64,000 bases of DNA, from NCBI GenBank assembly GCA_000165345.1, contig CM000431.1:960001-1024000 (forward strand). The letters run 5' to 3'. Below, one piece after another: positions 44,519 through 56,503 of this stretch; positions within the stretch are counted from its first letter, which is position 1, and each line of letters begins with the position of its first letter. Under the pieces are notes generated by a model. That model worked only from the letters and a program-made list of their open reading frames with translations. It was not told the DNA's origin and did not search any database. The position numbers were made by a program, and so were the translations under genes.

Positions 44519-45958
44519 ATGGCAAACTATAGTTTAAATTGCTGTTTAATAGCTTTAAGCGTTTCTTTGTTATTTGGGATAAACTTGTCCATATTAAACT
44601 TCACAGGTCCCTATGTGCTTTTGGATTATGAATTATGTGGGAAAGAAGGAACTCTCTTGGAGAGATCAAACTGTGAAAATGGATCTTATGCAATGTATAA
44701 GATGACTTTGGCATTCTTTACAGCATCTTTATTGAGTTGTTTTGCTGTTAAATATGTTGTAGGAAGAAGTCGTACTTTTGGACTTAAAGTGGCTTTAATT
44801 CCTTTTGCTGTTGGTGGAATTTTATCCAGTTTTGCCCCTAATTTCAAAATCTTTTGTATTGGAAGATTTATAAGTGGAGCCTCTTTAGGACTTTCAGCTG
44901 CTTCAGTTACATATATTTCCGAGATTTCACCAAAACATAGAAGAGGTTTGTATACAACTCTTTTTGGTCTATTTATCCCTGCAGGGCAAACAATTTCATA
45001 TATTTTGGGAGTATTTCTACCAATTATAAAGTATTTGGATGAATCTGATCTAGAATTTTATATTCTCTACTGTAGATTCCTTTTCTTAATTCCCACAATA
45101 ATCTCATTAATAATGATTATTGCAGTCCGCTTCTATTGTAAAGATGAAACTCCTTGTTTCTTATTATCAAAGGGAAGATTTTCAGAGGCTGAAGAGCTTC
45201 TTTATAAGATTTATCAAGATACTTCAGTTGTTTCAAGTGAAATGGAATCCTTATTAACAAGTAATAGGAGAAGCATTGAAGAGGATAAGATAAGTCAAAA
45301 TGTATCTTATTCAATGCTATTCAGCAGAAAGTACATTCTTCCAACATTTGTAACTCTTGTTATAACTGTTGGAGTAAGTGGAAGTGGAATTGGTATTTTC
45401 GCTCAAAAGATGAATTCATTAATTGAATCAGCCTCTGGTCTTCCTCAAGAAAAAGTTATTTATATTGTAATATTTACTTCAGCATTTGAGACAGTTTCTT
45501 GTTTCTTTGGAGGACATTTAATTGAGAAATTTGGAAGAAGAAATGTTGCAATTATTGGTTCTGCAACTAACTCACTATCTCTACTTCTTCTTGGATTATT
45601 TACAATTTTTAAGAACTACATTTCCAGCGTTGTTATTCCAGTTGTTTCAATTATTGTATTTTCTACCTTCCTTGCTTCATTCCAGCTAGCTCTTTCACCA
45701 GTATTATGGGCATATGTTCCAGAAGCACTTCCAACAGAAATCCGATCTACAGGAATGGGTCTATCGTCAATCTTAAATTGGTTGGTCAGTTTGATTTACA
45801 TACCTCTATCTTACATTATTTCGGATTTGAGTGTGTATGCTTTATCATCCATTTGTTGTGGTATTCTTTCCATTATTTGCTTCTTCTTTATGAAAGAAAC
45901 TAAGGGATGCTCAGTATCACCATATGAAGAAGATTCAGTTAAGAATCCAGATCTCTGA
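44519..45958 (+). CDS. Major facilitator superfamily sugar (hexose) transporter-like protein, 12 TM
   Basis: Sugar-porter signatures GRFISGASLGLSAASVTYISEISPKHRRG and PE.LPTEIRSTGMGLSS, with about 12 hydrophobic segments. Length is 479 aa. Confidence 0.75.
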   Translation: MANYSLNCCLIALSVSLLFGINLSILNFTGPYVLLDYELCGKEGTLLERSNCENGSYAMYKMTLAFFTASLLSCFAVKYVVGRSRTFGLKVALIPFAVGGILSSFAPNFKIFCIGRFISGASLGLSAASVTYISEISPKHRRGLYTTLFGLFIPAGQTISYILGVFLPIIKYLDESDLEFYILYCRFLFLIPTIISLIMIIAVRFYCKDETPCFLLSKGRFSEAEELLYKIYQDTSVVSSEMESLLTSNRRSIEEDKISQNVSYSMLFSRKYILPTFVTLVITVGVSGSGIGIFAQKMNSLIESASGLPQEKVIYIVIFTSAFETVSCFFGGHLIEKFGRRNVAIIGSATNSLSLLLLGLFTIFKNYISSVVIPVVSIIVFSTFLASFQLALSPVLWAYVPEALPTEIRSTGMGLSSILNWLVSLIYIPLSYIISDLSVYALSSICCGILSIICFFFMKETKGCSVSPYEEDSVKNPDL

Positions 45959-46513
45959 GATGATCTGTTAGAACTTAATTTTTTCCTAAGGCCAACTTTG
46001 TAGAATAAGGAAGGGACTTAAAAGGAAGAAGAAGGGAGAAGTATTTATTCAGAGTGAATTGATTAGATTCCAACTTTTAATAAAATCCGTTAACACTTTG
46101 ATGTTGTGCCAAAGAAGTTCAATTCAGGATGAGGGGTAATGAATTTTTAGCCTTGGTTTCTACAGAGCTCACTTTTTCTTTAATATCAAGAAAATTGGAA
46201 AGTTTTCAGATTGTGTGTTGTGTTTTTTTTTAAATTTGAATAGGAGGGATTTTTTCTAAGAATTAACGACGATCCAAATATGATTTGGACTTATAAATTT
46301 TGAGTTATTACTCTACACAGTTCGTTGTGTTTGTTCATTCTTTTTAATTAGGAATACTACTACTTTTACTATTGCTAGAACATTATTGCTACTATTAGTT
46401 ATATTACTTATTCTCAGTAGTTATAGAATCCATATATTTTTTTGTTGTGGTGGCTCTTTTTTTTTTTCTTCGTTTTGTAATATTTTCTATTTTTGAGAGT
46501 TTTCTCGATTTCA

Positions 46514-47506
46514 CTATTTTTTCTCAGAATTTTTCCTTCTCATCCTTTCCATATGAAGCATTGCTAATTCAGAATTAATTGTTGGAACCTGTACTTGAGT
46601 ATTTGACTGAGATTGAAGTGAATCTTGACTTGAAAGAGTATCTTGAGGGGCTTGCGTAGTGCTAATACTGGTATTAGTAATAAAAGAATCGGAAGTTTGG
46701 TTAGAAACATTTGGAAGAATAGAATTAGTAGCTTCATGACTTGTACTGTTTGAATTGGTTGACATTCTATTAAAAGCTCTAAGTGTATTCTCAGACTCGA
46801 GAAATTCAATAATTTCGGAAGAAGCTGAAATAGAGTCTGAAAAAGATTTAGCAACATCCCAAACTTTGAGTTGTCTGCCTGTTCTAGGATCGACAACAGA
46901 AACATGTGGGAGCTTGGATATGTTATATAAATTCAACCATTCATTTCCTTCAGGAGTATTTGAACTTCTCTGCCAGAAAATGAAATGCTCTTGAATAAAT
47001 TCAATGATCAAAGAATCATTCCATATATCCCTGTTTAAAATCATGGAGGAGAACTCATTTGGGCTCTGAATATTAACTAAAATTAACTTTTTCTGAGACT
47101 TGGCCTTTTCTTTGGCAATTTCAAAAGGTTCACAAAACATAATAATTTGAGGTGGAGAAAACATTTGAGTAGAGAAATCATCAACTGGAGGAAGAAGATC
47201 ATCAGTGTGAACAACTCTTCCATTTTGCATGAATTGAGAAGAATTTAAGGCATTGTGGTCGTCAGGAATAAGTTGGTCATTAAAGGATGGTATTGGGGTT
47301 CTAACATCTTCTTCATCATGAAATAAATTATTTCCAGGATTGCTGTTATTTATATTGCTTGTGGTTTCATTACCTAAGTTCGAAAAATACTCATTAATTG
47401 CACTATTCATGTCTCCTGGATACATTTCCAAATACATCTTTGCAATTTGAGAGTCAGTGCAACCCGAAATATTAATAAAATTTTCAATTTCTTCGTTTGA
47501 AACCAT
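46514..47506 (-). CDS. UAS (thioredoxin-like) domain protein with N-terminal UBA-like region, FAF/UBX-family-like but without recognisable UBX domain
   Basis: UAS-type motif AKEKAKSQKKLILVNIQSPNEFSSMILNRDIWNDSLIIEFIQEHFIFWQ. The true ATG is at 47506 (MVSNEEIENF...); the ORF-track start at 47521 is TTG. The C-terminus is an S/T/Q-rich tail. Confidence 0.5.
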   Translation of the reverse strand: MVSNEEIENFINISGCTDSQIAKMYLEMYPGDMNSAINEYFSNLGNETTSNINNSNPGNNLFHDEEDVRTPIPSFNDQLIPDDHNALNSSQFMQNGRVVHTDDLLPPVDDFSTQMFSPPQIIMFCEPFEIAKEKAKSQKKLILVNIQSPNEFSSMILNRDIWNDSLIIEFIQEHFIFWQRSSNTPEGNEWLNLYNISKLPHVSVVDPRTGRQLKVWDVAKSFSDSISASSEIIEFLESENTLRAFNRMSTNSNSTSHEATNSILPNVSNQTSDSFITNTSISTTQAPQDTLSSQDSLQSQSNTQVQVPTINSELAMLHMERMRRKNSEKK

Positions 47507-47866
47507 ATTTATATTGTCCAATAAGATTAAATAATGATGAAATTATTGATCCAAATTAAGAATTACGTTGGAAATCAATTGTGTGTACTTTCTTTTTGAT
47601 TTTAAAGATGTAATTTAAATTTCATAATTAATTAACGAATTTTTTTTTCTTTTCTTAATACACCCAATTTTAAGCTAAAAAAAAATTTCCAGGTTGAAAA
47701 CTCTCAGGGTCGGAAAAATTTATTGTTTTGCTTATAAAGCGAGAGGGGGGAAATTGTAATAAATTAATCTAAAAATAATTAAACCAAAAATATTAAAGAA
47801 TAATATAATACAGTTTTTTTAAAAAAATTATACATTAAAATATTTATATATTTAAACTAGAATTTA

Positions 47867-50800
47867 TTAGTTTATTGATTGAAATTCAAAAGGTTGAAAT
47901 GAACGCCAATTTAAATTTGTATTTCTTCTGATATTAATTTTTTGAATAATATTCTGCAATTTAGTCCAACGGTAAGGACACAAAATCATAGGTTTTCCTC
48001 TAATCAAATGCTTATCCTCTTCTCCATATTCGTCCACATAAAGAGTAGAAAATTCACATGCCCTTGCACCATACAAAAATTGTTTATCCAATTCAATCCA
48101 ATTAAATAAATTGTTATTGGTTTCATTCTTTGTTGAAGTAATATCAATTCTAAATGATAGTATAATTGATGAAGAAACATGTAAGAAAAAAGATAATCCT
48201 TTTCCACATTTTGCAATATGATCTCTAATTGGTATTGACCTTAAAGATATATTTAAACCTGAACCAAATGGAATGGAGTATGATAATATATTTTTATTCC
48301 CAGTTTTTTCTGTTTCTCTTGAATAACAGTAGAAATAAGAATCCAAAATTGAAGATGACAAATTTGTACTAGTTTCAGTCTCATTACAACAACTATATTC
48401 CGTACATAATATACTTCCACATGAAATACAAATTAGTAAGTTATTAATATTATTAGAATATCTTCTACTCCAATGCTTTATTGGATTTGATAAAAGCTTG
48501 TTATAAAGATTGTGAAACATTTTAGGGGGTATTATTGTTGATTGATTAAAACCATTATATATAATAATATTTTGGCCACTTTCATTGATATTCAAAAACT
48601 TCTTTCCCAAACCTAGAAATGAACTCTTAAATATTTCAAACTCTTCAATGCTCAGACTTTTATAAAATGAATTAATATTACTATTAAATAGTGGTCTCTT
48701 TGAATTAACCATAATGTCATTAACAACTGTTACTTCCAAACAAGTTAAAGGAATTATTGCCTTCTTCTTTGAAATCAACTTTATGAAAAGGTTCTTTTCT
48801 AGCATTATAGTTAATAAAGAGTTCATCATTCCACTACTTTGGTTTATAAAGTTTTTATGTTTATCAATATCAGTATCATTATCAGTATTAATATTAAACT
48901 CTGTTAAAATTATCCAAGCAATCTCTAGTATATTTGTATTCATACAAAATCTACTAGAAATACATTGTAATAGTATAGAGATTTGTTCATCTAAGCTATT
49001 ATCCTCTTCATTTCCATTTATTCTTGTATTATTATTAACTGAATTTTCTATTTTCTTGTTTTTTTCTTTCATATAAATATTTTGAAATCTAACTATCAAC
49101 TTTAGCCAAACTATTATTCCAAGATTTACAATATCTTTAAGTTTTTTAATATCTCCAAGTTTAAATTCATCCATATTACACTCATCTTCTTGATTTTGTT
49201 TATACTTTTTAAATTTGTTCTTAGTATTTAAATAACTTGAATTTGTATTTAATATAAAATTCGGATATTTACTCAAATAAAATTCTCTCTTACTTTCATT
49301 TGATAATTTATTTATAGAATTCTTAACTTTGAAAGAATATATAATATCGCATTTATTCTTTTTCTCAGAAACTGAGATATCGCTATTTACTGGATTAATT
49401 TGGATTGGTAAAGTTCCAAAAATATTAACATTAATTCTTGAATCTGATATATTATTTATCTTCTGAGCTTTATACTCAATCTCTTCAGAACTTAAATCTA
49501 ATTTCTTATATAAGTGAAATCCATTTCCATAAATCAATTCCTGGAAAAAAGACATTGCCTCATTTTCATTTGATTGGTCTTCTTTCTGGTTATCATTTTC
49601 CTCATCAATATGAGATTTTCTGCATTTATTCAAATTTAATATAGCTTGGATTATTGGATTTCTTATTTTAGATACTTGTTCATCTTCATCCCATTCGGGG
49701 TTCCAAAATGTCCAAACAATTGAAAACACTTCCAAAACAAACATCATCAATAAAATATACATAACTCTCAAATCCCCTTGTTCTAAAGTCTCATAACCTT
49801 GACTTTCTCTTACAGAACTATCTCTAATACTATTATTTGAGTTATTATATTTATTGTTTGTTTTACTATAAAAATTATCAAAATGAGTGTCATTTTCTTT
49901 GACTTTTTGCTCCTTTAATGTTCTTGTACTATCAATCAGAATTATTAAATTTATAAGAATCTGAAATCTAGCTGAAGGCGATTGAAGCGAAATATAGTTC
50001 CAAATATCAATCTTATTTTCATCTCTAAGTATCTGAATTAAGTTAAAAATCATTGAAGTAGCCATGCACGGAAAATTATTAATAATACTTTTCAAAGATT
50101 TAATAACAATTTCATACATTAAATTTCTCGAAGAAGAAAATAAATTGGTTGAAGCAAATACACTCATATCATTTTCATAACATGAAATTGTATCAACTAT
50201 AATATTGTCACTTATAATCTTAGTTAAGAAACCTATTGGATTAATACTAGGAATTCCATTTATAGACAAATTAATGCTTGGAATATTGAAAGGAAGTAAA
50301 TTCTCAAATAAAGTCAATATTGAAAGAATTTGTTCAAGTATTGGAATACTTTCAACATCAATTTCTAAATTACCATTACAACTTCCTTCATAATAATCAC
50401 CAATCATATCACTTATTTCGTATTTTGTTTGGAGATCCAATAATAAATCCAAAATATCTATCAATTGATCATCTTTACAAGATTCAAAGTTATTTTGTAC
50501 TTCGTGACAAATATCCATCATTAATTCCTCATTCTTGAAGTACTTGAATGGAAGTATAATGTTGGAGAATGTATTGCAGTATGGGCATGTTAAGTTAGTT
50601 AAATGATAAATTTCTTTATTAATGTCGTATTTTCTAACTCTACCAGTAAATTTTGATCCAGTATTATCGGGTATAGAAGATAATATATGAACTGAGTTAT
50701 TAGAATTAGGCAAATTAAGCTCTTTAAAAGTCTCACCATTTTCTCTAATATTCATTTGTCTTACACTAACTCCTACTTTGTTTTTGTGGTAAGTTAATGG

Positions 50801-53800
50801 AAACCCTACGTATTGAATTTCAGATTTTTTCTCAAAATTACATTCTTCTGTCTGGATTTGTCTGGTTTCCTGGTCTGATCTCAAATTGGTATAATTTGAA
50901 CTTGAAGAATTTTGATTATTAAATAATTTATAATATTGTCCAACACATTTATAATGTATTAAATGTCCACATATTGTTAAATAGAAAGAAGTATATCCAA
51001 AATTTGGTTGGAATCCATCTAAACTTGTATCACTTTGAATATTTCTTTTTGAATCCAAACTAGAATTTTGTAAGTCTAAATAACCAAAAGTTGCAATATA
51101 ATTTTCATCCTTTTCACGATCTTGCTCAATATGAATTGGCTCATGGCAAAATACACAGAAATCAGAATGTTCTTCACCACCTACAATTTGGTTACTAACA
51201 TAAGGCTTGTCTGACATAACATCAATCTTGTCTTCATCAGAATTGATTTCTTCATCATTTAAAATCATAGACTTTTTAAGAATGTTCATAAAGTTTTTTT
51301 GCCTGTTCATATATTCCTGGAGAATGTTTTTTTGTTTCTCTTGTATCTTATCTTTGAGATTGGTTGGATTCAATTTTGCAGCTTTTTCTTGCAATAAAAG
51401 CCTTCTCTCATTATATAACTCTTCCAAATAGTTATTAAAATAAGATTCAATATCTGGACTTGTTTGGTTGGCAATAGATAGTCCCCATTCCAGAAATAAT
51501 GAAGATTCCATGGGAATTATCTTTAAAACTTCTTTGCTAACAAATTTGAACTTACTTGAATTTTTTCCTAAATGAATATCATTATCATTGATTCTCAAAG
51601 AATATAGTAATTCTACCAATATATCCATCAAACAAAATGGCTGTTCATATGTTAAGTTATTATCAAATCTTAAAATCAACGGAACCATTAATAGTTCAAA
51701 TACAGTTTCTACGTTGCCTCTTCTAAGTAAATCACAAATATTAGTCATATATAAATCCTTTAACTCAATTGGAGATCTATTCTGAATTAATTTCTCTCCT
51801 TGTTTCTTTCTCAACTCTTTCTTAATTTGATTACATAGACTTGGTTTAACTGCAAAGTACTGGTAATCATCATTCTCGCAATCCTGGTTTAAACAGTAAA
51901 ATGAAATATTTAATGAACCATCAGAATCTGATTCATTATATGTTTTTGAATTTACATTTCTAATTTCTGTAGAAGGTATAGAAAAGAATTCAAAATTTAA
52001 ATCATTTTCCAATGTTTCAGTACTGAGAGAAACTCTATTAAATGAAATCTTAAACTGGGATTCACCTTTCATATTAGCTTTGAATGCATTATAAACATAT
52101 TCCATGATTTCTATATTAATTAAGTTAAAGAGAAGAATGAAAGAATGTTGCATTATTCTTACATCATCCATTAGAGTTTGGCCCATAGTAACTTCAAATA
52201 ATTGAGGTAGAACCAAATGGAGTATATTTGAGAGAAGAATAGACTTTATATACATATTTTGGCTTGAATTGAAGTGTATTATAGAAGAGAAATGCTCATT
52301 TAATGGTATATGGCATAACTTAGTGGGAAATTTAACAAACTTATCACTTATAAACTTTTTCTCTGAATTTTCTGGAATTTCTTCTGATATATTTTTATTC
52401 ATAATACCATTTTGTTGCTCTTTATTTGTCTCTAAATTGTTACTCTCGCCTATTCGTCTCTTCTTTGGAGTGTTGTCTTCAGTACTTACCTTATTTCCAT
52501 CTATTCCATTGCCTATAATTAGACTATTATCCCAGCAATTAAAGTGTGAACAAATGGATTCATAGTTGGTTTCATCTTCGCTCCCAAAGAATTTAATAGG
52601 TAATAGAGGATCATATAACATCCAACCAATGGGTTGCTTAATTTTATATAGAATTGGCTTATTATCAGAAGCTGGGATCTTCTCGCAAAATGAGTCCAAG
52701 ATCTCATCAATTATATTATTAAGATTTGAAGATTTTATAGATTGAATGAAATTTCCATAATATAAAGACGAAGATGATGATATTGGAAGCCCATCCTGAA
52801 TTTCTGATCTAGATCTGTTTTTCCTTATTAGGTATTGAACAAGTAGATATCTATATATAGACTTATTAAAAGAGAGAGAATTAGGAAGGTCAAGAGATGT
52901 AACTTTGGTAAATATATCCATAATTAATAGTACAGCACAATTAACCTTCTTATCTATTGCTTTTCTTGAATGAATGACATTAAAACAAGAGTTTCTAGTT
53001 TCTTGTATATCCTTTAAATCACCTTTATCCTCTGTATTTGAATTTGATTGAATGCTATCCATTATATCAGCTTTTTGTTTAGAATGATTATCATTATTTT
53101 CACAGTTAGCTTCATCTTTTAATAAGTTGAAGTGGGATAATATTGAAGATATCATAAACAACAAGCTTTCTTCTTTCTTAAGAAGATTTAAAATCAATCT
53201 AATTGAGAATATATCTGGAAGTATATACATTGTTGACCAATGTGATTTCTTGTAGAATTGAGCTTCATTTATTGGACTTAATCCATTCCTAAGCCAAGAA
53301 CCATCGTTCAAATTAAATGCTTGATGAACAAAACAATATGATCTTAATGGATGTTCTAATAATGTTATTTTTAACACGTCATTTAAAATCCCAAGATTCT
53401 CCAGTAAATCGAAAATATTATTCAAATCTAAGTAACCTTTTGTTCTTGAAATATAATCCAGATAAATGTAAATTAGTTGAAGAGAAGTTCTATTTAGTGG
53501 AATATGTATAGAAGCTTGGCTTTCTAAAATACTATGATTATGTAAAATATAGTATTCTCCGTATTTACTTGAATCATGTTCAAAAGTAATAAAGTATTTA
53601 CAAAAATCCTGTTCTATATTGAAAGAATTGTTGTCCACATAGTCATATATAATGTTCCAGGATTCATTTATACTGGTAATGCGAATCCATTGAATTAATG
53701 ACTGAACAGTATTTAGTACAAGACGAAAAATACAGAAAGTAGTTAAATCTTGATTCTTATTTTCCAAAGATATGGAAACCAAGTTTGAATCGTCAGAAGT

Positions 53801-56503
53801 TCTGGTCAGAACAAAGATAATTTGAAGTAATATATCCACAGTAGATTGAATATCACAACAAAGAAGAAGACTTGAATGCCATTTCAAGTCTTCATATGGT
53901 TCAATAGCCTTACTTTTATGAGGATTCATACACTGTACTAACTTAAGCAAAGCTAACCATCCATTATACCATAATTCCATGTACAACTTTTTAATCAAGC
54001 ACCTTGCTTCTTCAAATGTTATTTTTCTACATGATAGTTCTTCCTGTATCATTTCAGTGCATTTATTGAGAAAAATAAAGTAAATCAAATCAATACATTG
54101 AAGTAAATACTTAGAATCGTGCATTGAATATGTATATTTTCTATTGATAACGGCACTGCTTTGAGAACTTAGGGTTGGGATTGAAATCTTAGATATTAAG
54201 TTGTCATTAACACTATTTTCATGATCAGTTTTCTGATATATAACAGAACTTTCAAGGATTTGAAAAGTTGTAAAAAATATATTTTGAATTAAATTGTTAT
54301 CAAGAGCCATAGAAACCAACATTCTATCAATTGTGAAAAGCTGTACAGCAATTCTAGTTAGAACTTTATCTTGTCTTTTCACTAATTCATTATAGTTTCT
54401 CATAAAAATATCAGGGAAAATCTCTTCTTTAAATACAGAATCAAACATCATAACAAGTAGAAGGTCAGTTAGATCATTTTGTTTATAAATCTTTGAAATT
54501 AAAGCCTGGTGAATCAAGGAATCATTTGTTTCATTAAGCTGTCTAGACCATTTCATCCAGAAAATATCCAAATATGTAAGGTCTTCAATTTTAAAATCTG
54601 TTTGCTCTGAAATGGATTCACTATTTTTTTCAAGATCTAACATGTAATTCTTGGAATTATTGCTGATATTCATTTTATTTTGAGATTCCATGGTGGTATC
54701 CTTTACCGAGGTAAATTGAAATTCAGAATGAATTGTTCTAAGAAGGTCCTTAACTTTATGAACTGTTAAAGAGTGGATTTTTTTGTTAATATAGTCATCA
54801 ATTAAAGGCTTAAGTAATTTACATGCAAATTTGTTTCTATATTTAATATCACTGCTCATATTCGACTTATTAGAAATTCCAAACATCAATAGCTTATGTA
54901 TTGGCGATCCAAAAATCTCACCCATTAAGGGTAAGAAGATTGATTGGTAGTTTTCACATAAACTAATAAACCATTGAAAGAAGTATGAGTCCATTTGGAA
55001 ATTCTTTTCCTGTTTAAATAAAAGCAATATAGGAATAGTACCATCACTTAAGTTTTGTCCCCTAATAGTTTGAAATTGAAGAATTGGCACTTCTTCAAAA
55101 GTATGGTTTCCTTGTGGAGGAGCAATTAATCTGTTGAATATACTAGGATTTTCTGAATTTGATTGTTGATCACTAATTTCAGTTTCATTTTCAATAGAAC
55201 TATCTTCCACATTGTTATCTACTGAATTCTCCATTCTAATGTCTTCAGAATTTAAATAGTCAGAGAACATATTAATTTCAGAATCATCTGAAAGATCTTC
55301 TTCTTGCATATAGAAGTCCAAAACATTAAAACTATCTTCTGATCTTTCTTCATTTCTTTTTTGTTCAACAATCTTTGATAATAACTTTGAATGAAATGGT
55401 AGGTATATCTCTTTTGTATTAGGAGCAGTACAATATAGCCTAGATAAGCAAACAACATGGCAAAGCACTCCATGAAAGAGTCCTTTCAAGTTAGATTTAA
55501 GTGTATTCCAATTAGAATTTACACTTGTATAAGTACTGTTCGTATCCGAAATAGTATGTTTTCTGCAAAATCCATCCCTGTTCCAGGCCTGCTCATCCCC
55601 ACAATCACAACAACCACCGTAGTCTGACTTATATATATAGTATTCATGATTTTCATGATTTCCGTTTTGGAAACAATCTACACAAATACACGACGAGGTT
55701 GAGGTTCCGCAAGTGATACATCTATAAGCAATATGCTGGCCACTCCAAATCTGAGAGCATCTACTTAATGTCCCCATTTCTTTTGGAAGCCTTAATCTTG
55801 AGAAGAATGTGGAATCAAGCTCACAATTCTTAAAGACACTGGTAAAATCATCAAATTCAGGACTCATCAAGAGTTCTAGAATAGAAATAATAACAAAATC
55901 TAGGGTTTCATTAGTAGGGTTCAAGGAGCTACAACTTGCAGATGAATATATTTCTGAATCAAGTTTTAATGCTTTTGCTTGATTTACCCATTTTTGTTTA
56001 CTTGATTTTGGCAGCTTAAATTCAATATTCTTGTTAGTTTCACATATAGCAGCATACCAATATACTTTTTCATCATCCAGAGAGTATGCAGTAGAGAATA
56101 ATTCAATAGCTAAAAGTGTGACCCAATCACTAGTGGGATTGTATTTATCATTAACTAACTCACAAATTAAAAAAATGATTTCTCCAAGCAATTCGCTTTG
56201 AAATTCATTTTCTTTATCATCAATAAATAATAAAATGTATTCATTATAAGATAAGTTCAAGTTAAAAGTAGAACCATTGTAAATGTTTTTCGGTAACACT
56301 GGACCACATTTAATTAAGTGAGCCCTTAAACATAAAAGCCTAAATTTCAAAGCTTGAAGAGATGAATAGCATGCCTTATTGATTGAAAACCATTGTTTCA
56401 TAATCGAATCTTTAAGCGCTATTTTAGGAACTTTAGTGAAATCAATAAAGTCATCATTTATCATTTGGGTACCATCTGTGTGCATTTCTGGAATTTTCAT
56501 CAT
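47867..56503 (-). CDS. UBR-box E3 ubiquitin ligase (N-recognin, UBR1/2/3-like), 2878 aa
   Basis: UBR-box zinc finger near aa 250-316 (CSQIWSGQHIAYRCITCGTSTSSCICVDCFQNGNHENHEYYIYKSDYGGCCDCGDEQAWNRDGFCRKH). RING-H2-like element (CVFCHE...LTICGHLIHYKC). A C-terminal Cys cluster (LICISCGSILC) resembles the UBR autoinhibitory region. One uninterrupted ORF starting ATG ATG at 56503. Confidence 0.8.
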   Translation of the reverse strand: MMKIPEMHTDGTQMINDDFIDFTKVPKIALKDSIMKQWFSINKACYSSLQALKFRLLCLRAHLIKCGPVLPKNIYNGSTFNLNLSYNEYILLFIDDKENEFQSELLGEIIFLICELVNDKYNPTSDWVTLLAIELFSTAYSLDDEKVYWYAAICETNKNIEFKLPKSSKQKWVNQAKALKLDSEIYSSASCSSLNPTNETLDFVIISILELLMSPEFDDFTSVFKNCELDSTFFSRLRLPKEMGTLSRCSQIWSGQHIAYRCITCGTSTSSCICVDCFQNGNHENHEYYIYKSDYGGCCDCGDEQAWNRDGFCRKHTISDTNSTYTSVNSNWNTLKSNLKGLFHGVLCHVVCLSRLYCTAPNTKEIYLPFHSKLLSKIVEQKRNEERSEDSFNVLDFYMQEEDLSDDSEINMFSDYLNSEDIRMENSVDNNVEDSSIENETEISDQQSNSENPSIFNRLIAPPQGNHTFEEVPILQFQTIRGQNLSDGTIPILLLFKQEKNFQMDSYFFQWFISLCENYQSIFLPLMGEIFGSPIHKLLMFGISNKSNMSSDIKYRNKFACKLLKPLIDDYINKKIHSLTVHKVKDLLRTIHSEFQFTSVKDTTMESQNKMNISNNSKNYMLDLEKNSESISEQTDFKIEDLTYLDIFWMKWSRQLNETNDSLIHQALISKIYKQNDLTDLLLVMMFDSVFKEEIFPDIFMRNYNELVKRQDKVLTRIAVQLFTIDRMLVSMALDNNLIQNIFFTTFQILESSVIYQKTDHENSVNDNLISKISIPTLSSQSSAVINRKYTYSMHDSKYLLQCIDLIYFIFLNKCTEMIQEELSCRKITFEEARCLIKKLYMELWYNGWLALLKLVQCMNPHKSKAIEPYEDLKWHSSLLLCCDIQSTVDILLQIIFVLTRTSDDSNLVSISLENKNQDLTTFCIFRLVLNTVQSLIQWIRITSINESWNIIYDYVDNNSFNIEQDFCKYFITFEHDSSKYGEYYILHNHSILESQASIHIPLNRTSLQLIYIYLDYISRTKGYLDLNNIFDLLENLGILNDVLKITLLEHPLRSYCFVHQAFNLNDGSWLRNGLSPINEAQFYKKSHWSTMYILPDIFSIRLILNLLKKEESLLFMISSILSHFNLLKDEANCENNDNHSKQKADIMDSIQSNSNTEDKGDLKDIQETRNSCFNVIHSRKAIDKKVNCAVLLIMDIFTKVTSLDLPNSLSFNKSIYRYLLVQYLIRKNRSRSEIQDGLPISSSSSLYYGNFIQSIKSSNLNNIIDEILDSFCEKIPASDNKPILYKIKQPIGWMLYDPLLPIKFFGSEDETNYESICSHFNCWDNSLIIGNGIDGNKVSTEDNTPKKRRIGESNNLETNKEQQNGIMNKNISEEIPENSEKKFISDKFVKFPTKLCHIPLNEHFSSIIHFNSSQNMYIKSILLSNILHLVLPQLFEVTMGQTLMDDVRIMQHSFILLFNLINIEIMEYVYNAFKANMKGESQFKISFNRVSLSTETLENDLNFEFFSIPSTEIRNVNSKTYNESDSDGSLNISFYCLNQDCENDDYQYFAVKPSLCNQIKKELRKKQGEKLIQNRSPIELKDLYMTNICDLLRRGNVETVFELLMVPLILRFDNNLTYEQPFCLMDILVELLYSLRINDNDIHLGKNSSKFKFVSKEVLKIIPMESSLFLEWGLSIANQTSPDIESYFNNYLEELYNERRLLLQEKAAKLNPTNLKDKIQEKQKNILQEYMNRQKNFMNILKKSMILNDEEINSDEDKIDVMSDKPYVSNQIVGGEEHSDFCVFCHEPIHIEQDREKDENYIATFGYLDLQNSSLDSKRNIQSDTSLDGFQPNFGYTSFYLTICGHLIHYKCVGQYYKLFNNQNSSSSNYTNLRSDQETRQIQTEECNFEKKSEIQYVGFPLTYHKNKVGVSVRQMNIRENGETFKELNLPNSNNSVHILSSIPDNTGSKFTGRVRKYDINKEIYHLTNLTCPYCNTFSNIILPFKYFKNEELMMDICHEVQNNFESCKDDQLIDILDLLLDLQTKYEISDMIGDYYEGSCNGNLEIDVESIPILEQILSILTLFENLLPFNIPSINLSINGIPSINPIGFLTKIISDNIIVDTISCYENDMSVFASTNLFSSSRNLMYEIVIKSLKSIINNFPCMATSMIFNLIQILRDENKIDIWNYISLQSPSARFQILINLIILIDSTRTLKEQKVKENDTHFDNFYSKTNNKYNNSNNSIRDSSVRESQGYETLEQGDLRVMYILLMMFVLEVFSIVWTFWNPEWDEDEQVSKIRNPIIQAILNLNKCRKSHIDEENDNQKEDQSNENEAMSFFQELIYGNGFHLYKKLDLSSEEIEYKAQKINNISDSRINVNIFGTLPIQINPVNSDISVSEKKNKCDIIYSFKVKNSINKLSNESKREFYLSKYPNFILNTNSSYLNTKNKFKKYKQNQEDECNMDEFKLGDIKKLKDIVNLGIIVWLKLIVRFQNIYMKEKNKKIENSVNNNTRINGNEEDNSLDEQISILLQCISSRFCMNTNILEIAWIILTEFNINTDNDTDIDKHKNFINQSSGMMNSLLTIMLEKNLFIKLISKKKAIIPLTCLEVTVVNDIMVNSKRPLFNSNINSFYKSLSIEEFEIFKSSFLGLGKKFLNINESGQNIIIYNGFNQSTIIPPKMFHNLYNKLLSNPIKHWSRRYSNNINNLLICISCGSILCTEYSCCNETETSTNLSSSILDSYFYCYSRETEKTGNKNILSYSIPFGSGLNISLRSIPIRDHIAKCGKGLSFFLHVSSSIILSFRIDITSTKNETNNNLFNWIELDKQFLYGARACEFSTLYVDEYGEEDKHLIRGKPMILCPYRWTKLQNIIQKINIRRNTNLNWRSFQPFEFQSIN

